From an uncultured Candidatus Saccharibacteria bacterium (GTDB lineage Bacteria > Patescibacteriota > Minisyncoccia > Phycocordibacterales > CAIRYW01), in contig CAYLQP010000004.1 of NCBI GenBank assembly GCA_964386665.1, forward strand, positions 22,845 through 80,848: 58,004 bases of DNA, in the 5' to 3' direction. This document shows, in pieces, positions 37,321 through 45,304 of the stretch (its first letter is position 1; every line of letters starts with the position of its first letter). Under the pieces are notes generated by a model, which saw nothing but the letters and a program-made list of their open reading frames with translations, was not told the DNA's origin and did no database searches. The translations under genes and the position numbers were made by a program.

Positions 37321-37521
37321 TTAAAACATAGTCATAAACTGAAAACTTCTTCCAAAGATACTTATCTTTTCTCGTTTTGAGTTCTGAAGTTTACGAAGAA
37401 GAATCTTGTGCTTCTTTGCCTCTTCTTTGTAGTTGAGTCCCCAGAGAATATTGAGGTCAATTTTTCGATTTAGTTTTCTAAGTTCTTTTTTTATTATTGC
37501 TCTATAAAGTATGTTGCTCAT
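37321..37521 (-). CDS. 66-aa basic protein, first gene of the lexA operon
   Basis: It lies between the SOS-box promoter and lexA, with a 21-bp gap to lexA. It is Lys/Arg-rich and I recognised no homologue. Confidence 0.5.
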   Translation of the reverse strand: MSNILYRAIIKKELRKLNRKIDLNILWGLNYKEEAKKHKILLRKLQNSKREKISIFGRSFQFMTMF

Positions 37522-37550
37522 AGTTTTATATGTTATTTTGTAATACGTAT

Positions 37551-37579
37551 AGTATAGGTGAACGAACGTTCACCGTCAA
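37551..37579 (-). promoter_or_regulatory. promoter TTGACG-17-TATACT of the small-ORF/lexA operon
   Basis: The minus strand reads cTTGACGgtgaacgttcgttcaccTATACT. The -35 is at 37574-37579 and the -10 at 37551-37556. Confidence 0.7.
37557..37574. promoter_or_regulatory. LexA operator (SOS/Cheo box, GGTGAAC-N4-GTTCACC)
   Basis: 7-bp perfect inverted arms around a 4-nt spacer. This matches the Gram-positive-type GAAC-N4-GTTC consensus and fills the promoter spacer exactly. Confidence 0.8.
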
Positions 37580-37792
37580 GCAAAGTTATCCACACTGTTT
37601 ATTTTTTGTTTGAAAATAAATGTATTTGGGCTACGTAGCAGAGTATATTCGAAGTGTTTTTGAGCAAAAGAATGATATTAGTATTTATATTCCATTTTTT
37701 GATAAGATGGAGTAATGAAAAATGAACCACAAAATGAGAGATAGGAAAATGCCTTTAAACTACAACAGGCAACACCAGAAGATTGTGAATTA

Positions 37793-38179
37793 ATGTTTCG
37801 CTTACAAAAATTAGATGGTGCAGAACTTGATCGTGGTGATGTAACACAAGTTGCAGAATTTGAAGAATATCAAAGCAATTTCGTTCCAGCCGAGATTCAG
37901 GTTATATATAAAGAGAATCAACCAATAGGTCGCTTCCGAGTCGTACGCGGAGGAGAAATATATATTGGAGGAATGCAAATACTCCCTGAATATAGGGGAA
38001 TGGGAATTGGTACGGCTTTACTTGAAAGTCTCATTGAAGAATCTAATAAAACTATAAAGCCAATTCGACTAGAGGTATTTCATAATAACTTACGAGCTTT
38101 GCATTTATATGAAAAAGTCGGATTTAAGGTAATGGGAGAAAACGACCAGCAAAAAATTATGATGTACAAACCGCAATAG
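37793..38179 (+). CDS. GNAT-family N-acetyltransferase
   Basis: 128 aa with the acetyl-CoA motif RGMGIGTALL. The reading frame stays GNAT-like upstream of the first ATG; see findings. Confidence 0.8.
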   Translation: MFRLQKLDGAELDRGDVTQVAEFEEYQSNFVPAEIQVIYKENQPIGRFRVVRGGEIYIGGMQILPEYRGMGIGTALLESLIEESNKTIKPIRLEVFHNNLRALHLYEKVGFKVMGENDQQKIMMYKPQ

Positions 38180-38430
38180 TTCTATCTTCTTGGTAGGGTA
38201 TGCAGAATACCCTTATAAAACGTAATTCAAAATGCTGGGCGGCTAGAGAGATATCTCCACTTACAGCGGTAGTACACCTATTGGAGATTTTATTTCGTTC
38301 CTCATAAAATCTGCTTAATCGGGCTTCGATTCTCTCACACCACATAGAGTACTTCTTATTTACCAATTCACTTCGTTCATAGGTAAATAATGTTGCGTAA
38401 GTCTCTAAGACTTGCTTAGTCATCCAATCA

Positions 38431-38455
38431 AAAACCCCGCTCATCGCGGGGTTTT
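38431..38455. terminator. bidirectional terminator after tRNA-His and the GNAT gene
   Basis: Stem aaaaccccgc / gcggggtttt with a tcatc loop. Confidence 0.7.
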
Positions 38456-38461
38456 CTCTTG

Positions 38462-38533
38462 GGCGGCTAGAGAGAATCGAACTCTCGACTCAGGTTCCAC
38501 AAACCCGGGTTTTACCACTAAACTATAGTCGCC
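38462..38533 (-). tRNA. tRNA-His (GUG) with encoded G-1
   Basis: Cloverleaf folded by hand. The anticodon loop is TTGTGGA and the T-loop is TTCGATT. An extra 5' G pairs with the discriminator C. The acceptor stem has one A-C mismatch. No CCA is encoded. Confidence 0.85.
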
Positions 38534-38595
38534 ATACAAAGAAGATGTATTTCTTCTTGTCTCTATTTTTAACATATTTTACAGAATAGTCCAGT

Positions 38596-39345
38596 TTAGT
38601 TCTGGTCTAACAATAGTTTTTTGAATTCTGGTGAAAGGATAGAATCTATATCTTCCCACAAGAGAACAACTTCTGGTCGGCCACTCGTGTAAGGTCCAAC
38701 TTGATAGTCTCCAAACAAAAACCGAACCCCTTCCTTCTCGATAGTCCAATGTTCAAAGTTTTCACCACTTGGTGCGAGTCCTTCTTCTGCAAATGTATAT
38801 ATCTCAAGTTTAGGATCGATTTTTTTTAACGCTTCAAGCGATACTCGACTTAGTGTTAAAAAAGGTTGATCTTGAAATACATCAAAGAAAGATACCCGCT
38901 CTCCCGTTTTTGTATTAAATACAAAAACATGCAAACTTGTTCCTCCGTGTGCCCCACCCGTGTAAGCATAGTTTTCAAAAACAATATTTAAAAAAGGTCC
39001 TCTTTCGAAACTCTCTTTTATACTATATTCACTTACATAAGAAAGATTTCCATATTCAGGCAGATCTTTGAGTTCTTCTAGATATCCTTTGTATTCTTGC
39101 TCTCTTGCAGAAGCTGTTTGTGATGCCCAAGTAAAAATCTGTTCATTTATAGTTTTTTGTATTTTACTTTTTAATCCTTGTTTTATGACAGGATAATTTA
39201 CTTCGATTGCATATTTATTTTCTTGGTCAGAAAAAGATATTTTTTGCTTTTCGAGCTCTAATTGAGTTGGTATGTTTTGTGATATAAATAAAAACCCTCC
39301 TACACCGACAATGCACAAAAATATTAAAATAAATGTTTTTTTCAT
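38596..39345 (-). CDS. DUF3298/DUF4163-like exported protein
   Basis: 249 aa with an N-terminal TM or signal sequence. It has the YAYTGGAHGGT motif typical of DUF3298. Confidence 0.7.
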   Translation of the reverse strand: MKKTFILIFLCIVGVGGFLFISQNIPTQLELEKQKISFSDQENKYAIEVNYPVIKQGLKSKIQKTINEQIFTWASQTASAREQEYKGYLEELKDLPEYGNLSYVSEYSIKESFERGPFLNIVFENYAYTGGAHGGTSLHVFVFNTKTGERVSFFDVFQDQPFLTLSRVSLEALKKIDPKLEIYTFAEEGLAPSGENFEHWTIEKEGVRFLFGDYQVGPYTSGRPEVVLLWEDIDSILSPEFKKLLLDQN

Positions 39346-39394
39346 TTCTGTATTATATGTTGTTTTGGGTTTTATTCAAAAACAGAAGTTGGTC

Positions 39395-39515
39395 GCAGAA
39401 GAAGACTCGGTCACAAGTATTTTGTCCGCCAGTCGCGAACAAAATCTCGCGACCCCGACTCAGGCTTCGGTTCTGCTGAACCTCACTGCCTTCCGTCTTT
39501 CAAGTCTTCTTTTGC
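39395..39515. ncRNA. unassigned structured element closed by a 13-bp stem
   Basis: gcagaagaagact (39395-39407) pairs with agtcttcttttgc (39503-39515). Internal hairpins are gtcgcga/tcgcgac and ggttc/gaacc. The strand is unresolved. Confidence 0.3.
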
Positions 39516-39528
39516 ACTACAAAATAAA

Positions 39529-39557
39529 ACAGTTTTGGTACGATGTACCAAAACTGT
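39529..39557. terminator. bidirectional terminator next to tRNA-Leu
   Basis: A 13-bp perfect stem acagttttggtac / gtaccaaaactgt with a 3-nt loop, flanked by A/T runs. Confidence 0.7.
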
Positions 39558-39564
39558 AATTTTG

Positions 39565-39648
39565 TGCGCAGAAGAAGACTCGAACTTCCATGCCCTTGCG
39601 AGCGCTACCACCTCAAGGTAGTGCGTCTACCAATTTCGCCATCTGCGC
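39565..39648 (-). tRNA. tRNA-Leu (GAG)
   Basis: 84 nt with the anticodon loop TTGAGGT, a 15-nt variable arm and the T-loop TTCGAGT. No CCA is encoded. Confidence 0.9.
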
Positions 39649-39709
39649 ATAAGAGACCGAATCACTATATACAATTTTTGTTTTCTTTTCAAGTGACTGT
39701 GAAGGCTGG

Positions 39710-41128
39710 TTACTTTTGTGATAACGAGTGTTTTGGAAGTGAAATAAAGAATGTGGTACCACCTCCTTCTGTTGATTCAAACCAAATCTTCCCGTTGTGT
39801 TTTTCAATAATTAGTTTTGAAAAGTATAGTCCAAGTCCCGTTCCTGAAATATGGACATTTTTTGCATTTGAAGCTCTAAAAAACTTGGTAAACAAATCAG
39901 ATTGCTCTTTTTGAGGAATGCCAATACCACTATCTTTTATATATATGGTATGTGTTTGGCTTCCTTCAATATGTCCAATTCGAACCCCACTGTGTTCAGG
40001 AGAATATTTAATTGCGTTAGACAAGACGTTTGCAAGCACTCGATTAATCTTGATGCTGTCACAAAAAACAAATATTTTTTCTGGTAAGTTTCCTTCGTGA
40101 ATAATCGTGATGTTTTTTTTGACTAACAATTCTTTTGCATCACTTTCAACACTTTTCAAGATATCAATAATATTTGATTCTTCTGTTCGCATTGCTACTT
40201 CAGAATCTTCTTCAAGTCTTGCAACATCAAGGAAGTCTTGTACAAGCTCTTCAAATTCTTCTCCTTGTTGTAACAAATCGTAAATAAAACTTTGTTGTTT
40301 CGAAGTAAGCTTTCCTATTTCTTCTTGATACAAAAGAGATAAACCGCCTTTCATTGTAGTTATGAATCCTCGAATTTCATGAGAAATAAAAGAAGAAAAT
40401 TCTAGTTTAATATTGTTGATCTCGATATCTTTTTTATTGATACGAGTCTTGTATGTGATAATAAAGAAAAGTGCTACCAACATCGAAAAAAGAAGTGAAA
40501 AAATACTTGATGACAACACTTCTCTAATAAAATGACTTGCTGAAATATCAATCCCAATAAGAGCAATAGGAAGTCCATTGTCGGCTGAAAGTATTGGTGC
40601 ATATGCACTTACCCATCGCCCCCATCGGTCTTGGTAAGGCCCTTCAGCGAAAGATTTACTATCTAAGAAGTTATTTATTTGTTCTTCGGTAGATTCTTCG
40701 TATACTTCTCCTGGAGGTGAATAATCTTTAGAACCCATCGGTTCAGAATCAACAATAAAGTAGAGTTTATCTACCTGTTGGTTATATCCCATCAAATAAA
40801 TAAATCGAGCATCAGGATTAACCGACTTTATTTCCACCATCTTTCGTTTTAGGTATGCGTAGTCGCTGTTTTTTAAGTCAGTTTTATCTCCTTTCAGTTT
40901 TGAAAGTGGTGATCGATGAAGTGTTTTAGAAACAATCTCAACTCGATTTATCAAAGCGTCTTTTTCTTTTTGAGCAACTCTTTGTGCCGTATAAAGTGAG
41001 CTTACAATACCAAGAACCAATACTAATATTACTTGGATAACAAGGGGTGTCTTTGTAATTTTTTTTTGCTTTTGATTAAATATCACAGGCATATTGTTTG
41101 TGTTTCGCACTACCAAAATGTGAAACAA
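39710..41128 (-). CDS. sensor histidine kinase with an extracytoplasmic sensor domain
   Basis: H-box FSSFISHEIRG and a HATPase region (NAIKYSP, DSGIGIP, GTGLGLYFSKLIIE), with two TM segments. The start is probably the MPVIFNQ Met at 41092. No response regulator is adjacent. Confidence 0.85.
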   Translation of the reverse strand: MFHILVVRNTNNMPVIFNQKQKKITKTPLVIQVILVLVLGIVSSLYTAQRVAQKEKDALINRVEIVSKTLHRSPLSKLKGDKTDLKNSDYAYLKRKMVEIKSVNPDARFIYLMGYNQQVDKLYFIVDSEPMGSKDYSPPGEVYEESTEEQINNFLDSKSFAEGPYQDRWGRWVSAYAPILSADNGLPIALIGIDISASHFIREVLSSSIFSLLFSMLVALFFIITYKTRINKKDIEINNIKLEFSSFISHEIRGFITTMKGGLSLLYQEEIGKLTSKQQSFIYDLLQQGEEFEELVQDFLDVARLEEDSEVAMRTEESNIIDILKSVESDAKELLVKKNITIIHEGNLPEKIFVFCDSIKINRVLANVLSNAIKYSPEHSGVRIGHIEGSQTHTIYIKDSGIGIPQKEQSDLFTKFFRASNAKNVHISGTGLGLYFSKLIIEKHNGKIWFESTEGGGTTFFISLPKHSLSQK

Positions 41129-41158
41129 AATGATATTGTAATTATACGATAAACATAT

Positions 41159-41911
41159 ATGTTAACCAAGGGAATAATAAAATTTATTGAAACATTGAAA
41201 GATAAAAAAGTACGTAGTAAACAAAAACTTTTTATCGTTGAGGGTGAAAAAAGCATTGTTGAACTTCTTAAATCTGATTTCAACATTCATTCTTTATTTG
41301 TAACAAAATCTTTTTTCAATCAATATCGCACTCTTATACAAGCTCGCTCACGTCTCGTACTTGAACTCGTTGAACAAGGAGAGCTTGAGCGATTGGGAAC
41401 TTTTCAAAGCAATGCGGGTGGTCTTGCCCTTGTCCACCAGAAAGATCAAAAAGAACCTATCCTTAAACACGATGATATTGTATTGGTTTTATCAGATGTA
41501 AGAGATCCGGGGAACTTAGGAACCATTATTCGTATTGCTGATTGGTATGGTATTAAGCATATTTTTGCATCAGAAACTACAACAGATCTCTATAATCACA
41601 AAACAATTGCTGCTTCGATGGGGTCTTTTCTACGAGTAAATGTCTTTTATACTAACATTGTGACGTTTTTACAGGAGACAAAACTCCCTGTTTTCGGTGC
41701 TCTTTTACAAGGAGAAAATTTACACGAAGTCACATTTCCTGTTGGTGGTATCTTGGTGATTGGAAACGAATCAAATGGTATTACAAAAGAAGTTGAAGCG
41801 AACATAACAAAACGCATTACTATTCCTCGTTTTGGAGATGCTGAATCTTTAAACGCAGGGATTGCAACTGCGGTTATTCTAGATAACTGGAGACGAAATA
41901 TAAGAGATTAA
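41159..41911 (+). CDS. TrmH/SpoU-family RNA 2'-O-methyltransferase
   Basis: 250 aa with motifs DPGNLGTIIRIADWYG, LVIGNESNGI and SLNAGIATAVIL. Confidence 0.85.
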   Translation: MLTKGIIKFIETLKDKKVRSKQKLFIVEGEKSIVELLKSDFNIHSLFVTKSFFNQYRTLIQARSRLVLELVEQGELERLGTFQSNAGGLALVHQKDQKEPILKHDDIVLVLSDVRDPGNLGTIIRIADWYGIKHIFASETTTDLYNHKTIAASMGSFLRVNVFYTNIVTFLQETKLPVFGALLQGENLHEVTFPVGGILVIGNESNGITKEVEANITKRITIPRFGDAESLNAGIATAVILDNWRRNIRD

Positions 41912-41914
41912 AAA

Positions 41915-41936
41915 AGCCCCGCCTTACGGCGGGGCT
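41915..41936. terminator. bidirectional terminator between the trmH-like gene and pnp
   Basis: Stem agccccgcc / ggcggggct with a ttac loop, between an A-run and a T-run. Confidence 0.8.
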
Positions 41937-41965
41937 TTTTCTTTTGTAACTTACTTCCAACTTTT

Positions 41966-44059
41966 TTACTTTTGTTCAGTAAAGAGTTTGTCGTCTGCTC
42001 TTTTAATAGAAAGATTAATTCTTCCCTTTTCGTCAACTTCTTTTACAACAACTGGTACCGTCATTCCTTCTTTAAGATAGGCACCAACTTTTTCAATTCG
42101 AAACGGTGCAATCTCAGAAACGTGCACAAGTCCTTCAGCACTATGTCCTATCTTTACAAAAGCTCCGAAGTCCATAAGTCGTGTTACCACCCCCTCAAAC
42201 TTCTCACCTGTTTTGTATTCATGAGTCATTTCTTCAATGATTGCTTTTGCTTTTTCTGCACTTCCGTTTACTCCTGTGAGATAGACGGTTCCATCATCTT
42301 CAATTGTGATGTCCGCACCTGTTTTTTCTTTTATTTCTTTTATTGTCTTCCCTCCACTTCCAATCACAAGTCCAATCTGATCTTGTTTTATTTTTGTTGA
42401 AAGAATCTTTGGAGCTCGTGAAGAAATATCAGCTCGCGGTGTTTTAATTTCAGCTTCCATCACATCAAGAATTCGGAGTCGTGCACTTAATGCTTTCTCA
42501 AACGCATCCTTAAATATATGAAGAGGAATCCCATCAACTTTCACATCCATTTGAATTGCAGTAATTCCATCTCGAGTTCCTGCTACCTTGAAATCCATAT
42601 CACCGTGATGATCTTCTGGTCCTTGAATATCAGTAAGTACTGCGTATGTGTTTGCGTTTTCCATCATCAGTCCTGAGGCAATACCCGCTACGTGTTTTGA
42701 GATTGGCACTCCACCATCCATAAGAGCAAGTGAAGATCCGCAGGCAGAAGCCATTGAGGTTGATCCGTTTGATGCAAATGCTTCAGATACAAGTCGGATT
42801 GTATATGGGAATACTTCTTTTGAAGGCAGTACTGCAAGAAGTGCTTTTTCTGCAAGGTTTCCGTGTCCAATCGCTCGACGATTTTGACCTCCACTTCTTC
42901 CTGTTTCCCCAGTTGAAAATGGCGGAAAGTTATAGTGATGCATAAATCTTCGAGAGTGGTTTCCTTCCATATTATCTACCACTTGTACATCATCTGGCCC
43001 TCCAAGAGTAAGAGCTGAAAACACGTGCGTTCCTCCACGATAAAACACTCCACTTCCGTGAAGGACTCCCGAAATACCACCTGCTTTTGCAAAGAGAGGA
43101 CGCAGATCATCCAACCCTCTTCCGTCAGGTCGTCTTCCTTTATGAATTGCTTCGCTATGAATAATCGTATTTAACTCTTCCTCGAAGTATTCATCGGCAA
43201 GCCCTTTTTTCACCTCAGGAAGTGCATCAGCTACTTTTTTCATCCAGATTTCTTTTAGAGCATAAATACTTTCTTTACCAGGTCCTGCAAATACACTCAA
43301 TTCAAACTGCGGTCGAATCACTTCTTCAAAGAGTGTCTTGAGTTCAGATGGAACAACAACCACCGGCATTACTCTTTTGACTGTGTTAAAAGCACCGATA
43401 ATTTCTTTTTGCCATACTTGGATTTTTTCAATCTCGGTTGACGCAAGTGTTAATGCTCCAAGGGCTTCTTCGTTTGAAATTTCTTTTGCAACTGTTTCAA
43501 TCATATTGATATTTCCATCTTTTCCACACGCGGTAATATCAAACACAGCTTCCTCTCGCTCTTTATATGTTGGACTTACAATCACTTTATCCCCTACTTT
43601 TCCAATATGCACACCACTAACTGGTCCATTAAATGGAATATCTGATACTCCAAGTGCAAGTGATGCTCCAATAACTGCGAGAGTATCAGGGTCTTCTTCT
43701 CCCATTGCAAGAGCTGTGATAATTACTTGGATTGGGAAACGGATATGTTGATCAAAGAGTGGTCGAATCGTTCGGTCTACCACACGTCCAGCAAGCACAG
43801 CATCATCAGATGGTTTTCCCTCGCGTCTAATAAACTGACTTCCAAGAATTTTTCCCGCTGCATAAAACCGTTCCTCGAAATCAACCGTGAGTGGGAAGAA
43901 ATCTGCCTCACTTTCTTTTGCACCCATTACCGCAGTGACCAAGAGGGCTGTCTCACCATAAGAAACAATAACTGACCCATCTGCTTGATCAGCAAGATCA
44001 GAAAACATTGCTTTTAACACTTTTCCCCCAACCTCCAAAGTATATTCTTTTGTATTCAT
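41966..44059 (-). CDS. pnp: polyribonucleotide nucleotidyltransferase (PNPase)
   Basis: 697 aa with two RNase PH domains plus KH (GLVIGSGGKTIK) and S1 (GVVTRLMDFGAFVKI) domains. Confidence 0.95.
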   Translation of the reverse strand: MNTKEYTLEVGGKVLKAMFSDLADQADGSVIVSYGETALLVTAVMGAKESEADFFPLTVDFEERFYAAGKILGSQFIRREGKPSDDAVLAGRVVDRTIRPLFDQHIRFPIQVIITALAMGEEDPDTLAVIGASLALGVSDIPFNGPVSGVHIGKVGDKVIVSPTYKEREEAVFDITACGKDGNINMIETVAKEISNEEALGALTLASTEIEKIQVWQKEIIGAFNTVKRVMPVVVVPSELKTLFEEVIRPQFELSVFAGPGKESIYALKEIWMKKVADALPEVKKGLADEYFEEELNTIIHSEAIHKGRRPDGRGLDDLRPLFAKAGGISGVLHGSGVFYRGGTHVFSALTLGGPDDVQVVDNMEGNHSRRFMHHYNFPPFSTGETGRSGGQNRRAIGHGNLAEKALLAVLPSKEVFPYTIRLVSEAFASNGSTSMASACGSSLALMDGGVPISKHVAGIASGLMMENANTYAVLTDIQGPEDHHGDMDFKVAGTRDGITAIQMDVKVDGIPLHIFKDAFEKALSARLRILDVMEAEIKTPRADISSRAPKILSTKIKQDQIGLVIGSGGKTIKEIKEKTGADITIEDDGTVYLTGVNGSAEKAKAIIEEMTHEYKTGEKFEGVVTRLMDFGAFVKIGHSAEGLVHVSEIAPFRIEKVGAYLKEGMTVPVVVKEVDEKGRINLSIKRADDKLFTEQK

Positions 44060-44238
44060 ACGTATGTTGTTACGTAATTTCTACAATCTAGTGTTTTCAC
44101 ATTATCGGACAAAGTAACAATATTTGCGACCTTATCTCATAATGTGCTAAACCCCTGCCCGCCCAAATGCGTCGGGTATGTAGAAATTACATATAATAAT
44201 ACATCTAATATACGTGAGAAGTTCGCATTTTTCAAGTT

Positions 44239-44266
44239 CAAAAAACCACCTGCTTTCACAGGTGGT
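44239..44266 (-). terminator. rho-independent terminator after the NYN gene
   Basis: The minus strand reads accaccug-ugaaag-cagguggu followed by uuuuuu. Confidence 0.7.
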
Positions 44267-44310
44267 GTGGTCAAAAGTAGATAATAGATGTGCTTACGTA
44301 AACAGATGGT

Positions 44311-44916
44311 TTAGCCAAGCATTTCAGCAAGATCGGGATCAATACCTCCGGGGTGTTTTGTATTAATTTTTTTCTTCATAGCTCCGCGAGATTCTTTTTT
44401 TGGAGCTGTTGGGAATAAGAGATACTTATGTGGGTCTTCATCCAGATCGATAAAGTCATCAACAACTTCTCGAAGTTTTGATGAAGATGATTTACCAAAC
44501 GAGGCTACTTCTACTTGGCAGCCTTGGTTTATTTTTAAGTATTCAACAAGTGGAATAAAGTCTCCGTCTCCAGATACAATAACAATCGCATCAAGTTTCG
44601 AGGCGGTTTTGATGGCATCAACTGCAAGTCCGACATCCCAGTCAGCTTTTTTTGCTCCACCAGCAAAGATTTGTAGATTTTTTGTTTTAGTTTCGATTCC
44701 CATTTTGAGAAGAGCATCAAAAAACCCTCTCTCATCTCCCGCTTCAGTAGTAATCACGTATGCAATTGCTCGGATCAAATGTCGCCCTGCAACCGCTTCT
44801 TTTAATACTTCCCCGAAGTTTACTCGAGCACCATAGAGATGCTTCGCACTATGATAAAGGTTTTGTGTATCAATAAATACTCCGACACGTTGTTCACTAT
44901 GTTTAATAACAGACAT
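44311..44916 (-). CDS. NYN/LabA-like (DUF88) domain protein
   Basis: 201 aa with VGVFIDTQNLYHSAK and IVIVSGDGDFIPLV motifs. Confidence 0.8.
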   Translation of the reverse strand: MSVIKHSEQRVGVFIDTQNLYHSAKHLYGARVNFGEVLKEAVAGRHLIRAIAYVITTEAGDERGFFDALLKMGIETKTKNLQIFAGGAKKADWDVGLAVDAIKTASKLDAIVIVSGDGDFIPLVEYLKINQGCQVEVASFGKSSSSKLREVVDDFIDLDEDPHKYLLFPTAPKKESRGAMKKKINTKHPGGIDPDLAEMLG

Positions 44917-44994
44917 AAAAAAATAAATAACTTATAAAAATAATACCTCTCCTTAAAAAAATCTCCTACTCACCAAAAGAAAAAGTAGCTAATG

Positions 44995-45264
44995 CTACTT
45001 TTTCTTTAACTCTAGTTTTTTCATAAGTGCTCCGTATCGCTTCTCATCTTTCTTTTGAAGATACTTCATATGAGATTGCCGACTTGCCACAAGTTGAAGA
45101 AGACCTTTTCGTGAGTGGTTATCTTTTTTGTGTTTTTTGAGGTGACTTGCAAGTTCGTCGATTCGTTTTGTGATAATTGCAATCTGCACTTCTGGAGAAC
45201 CCGTATCACTTGCGTGAGTTTGAGTTTCTTTGATGATTTTTGATTTTTTTGTTTTTGTTAACAT
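44995..45264 (-). CDS. rpsO: 30S ribosomal protein S15
   Basis: 89 aa with TGSPEVQIAIITKRIDELASHLKKHKKDNHSRKGLL. Confidence 0.95.
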   Translation of the reverse strand: MLTKTKKSKIIKETQTHASDTGSPEVQIAIITKRIDELASHLKKHKKDNHSRKGLLQLVASRQSHMKYLQKKDEKRYGALMKKLELKKK

Positions 45265-45304
45265 TGTAGGGGTATCATATCACAAAAGCCGATATTGTGC
45301 AAGT

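Noticed and set aside
38157-38444. 95-aa minus-strand ORF between the GNAT gene and tRNA-His
   Set aside because: Its ATG lies in the loop of the tRNA-His terminator hairpin and its 3' end overlaps the GNAT gene. It has no promoter or SD. It may be a gene remnant, but I cannot support it as a CDS.
39395-39515. Signal recognition particle (4.5S) RNA, 6S RNA or a tRNA-like gene as the identity of the structured element
   Set aside because: There is no GGAA/GNRA-capped helix with the AGCAG symmetric-loop signature in either orientation. No D- or T-arm can be folded, and only the last 16 nt resemble tRNA-Leu. I kept it as an unassigned element.
39272-39914. Three ORFs: 39272-39559 (+), 39543-39914 (+) and 39613-39807 (-)
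   Set aside because: They read through tRNA-Leu, its terminator and the structured element, or run antisense to the histidine kinase gene.
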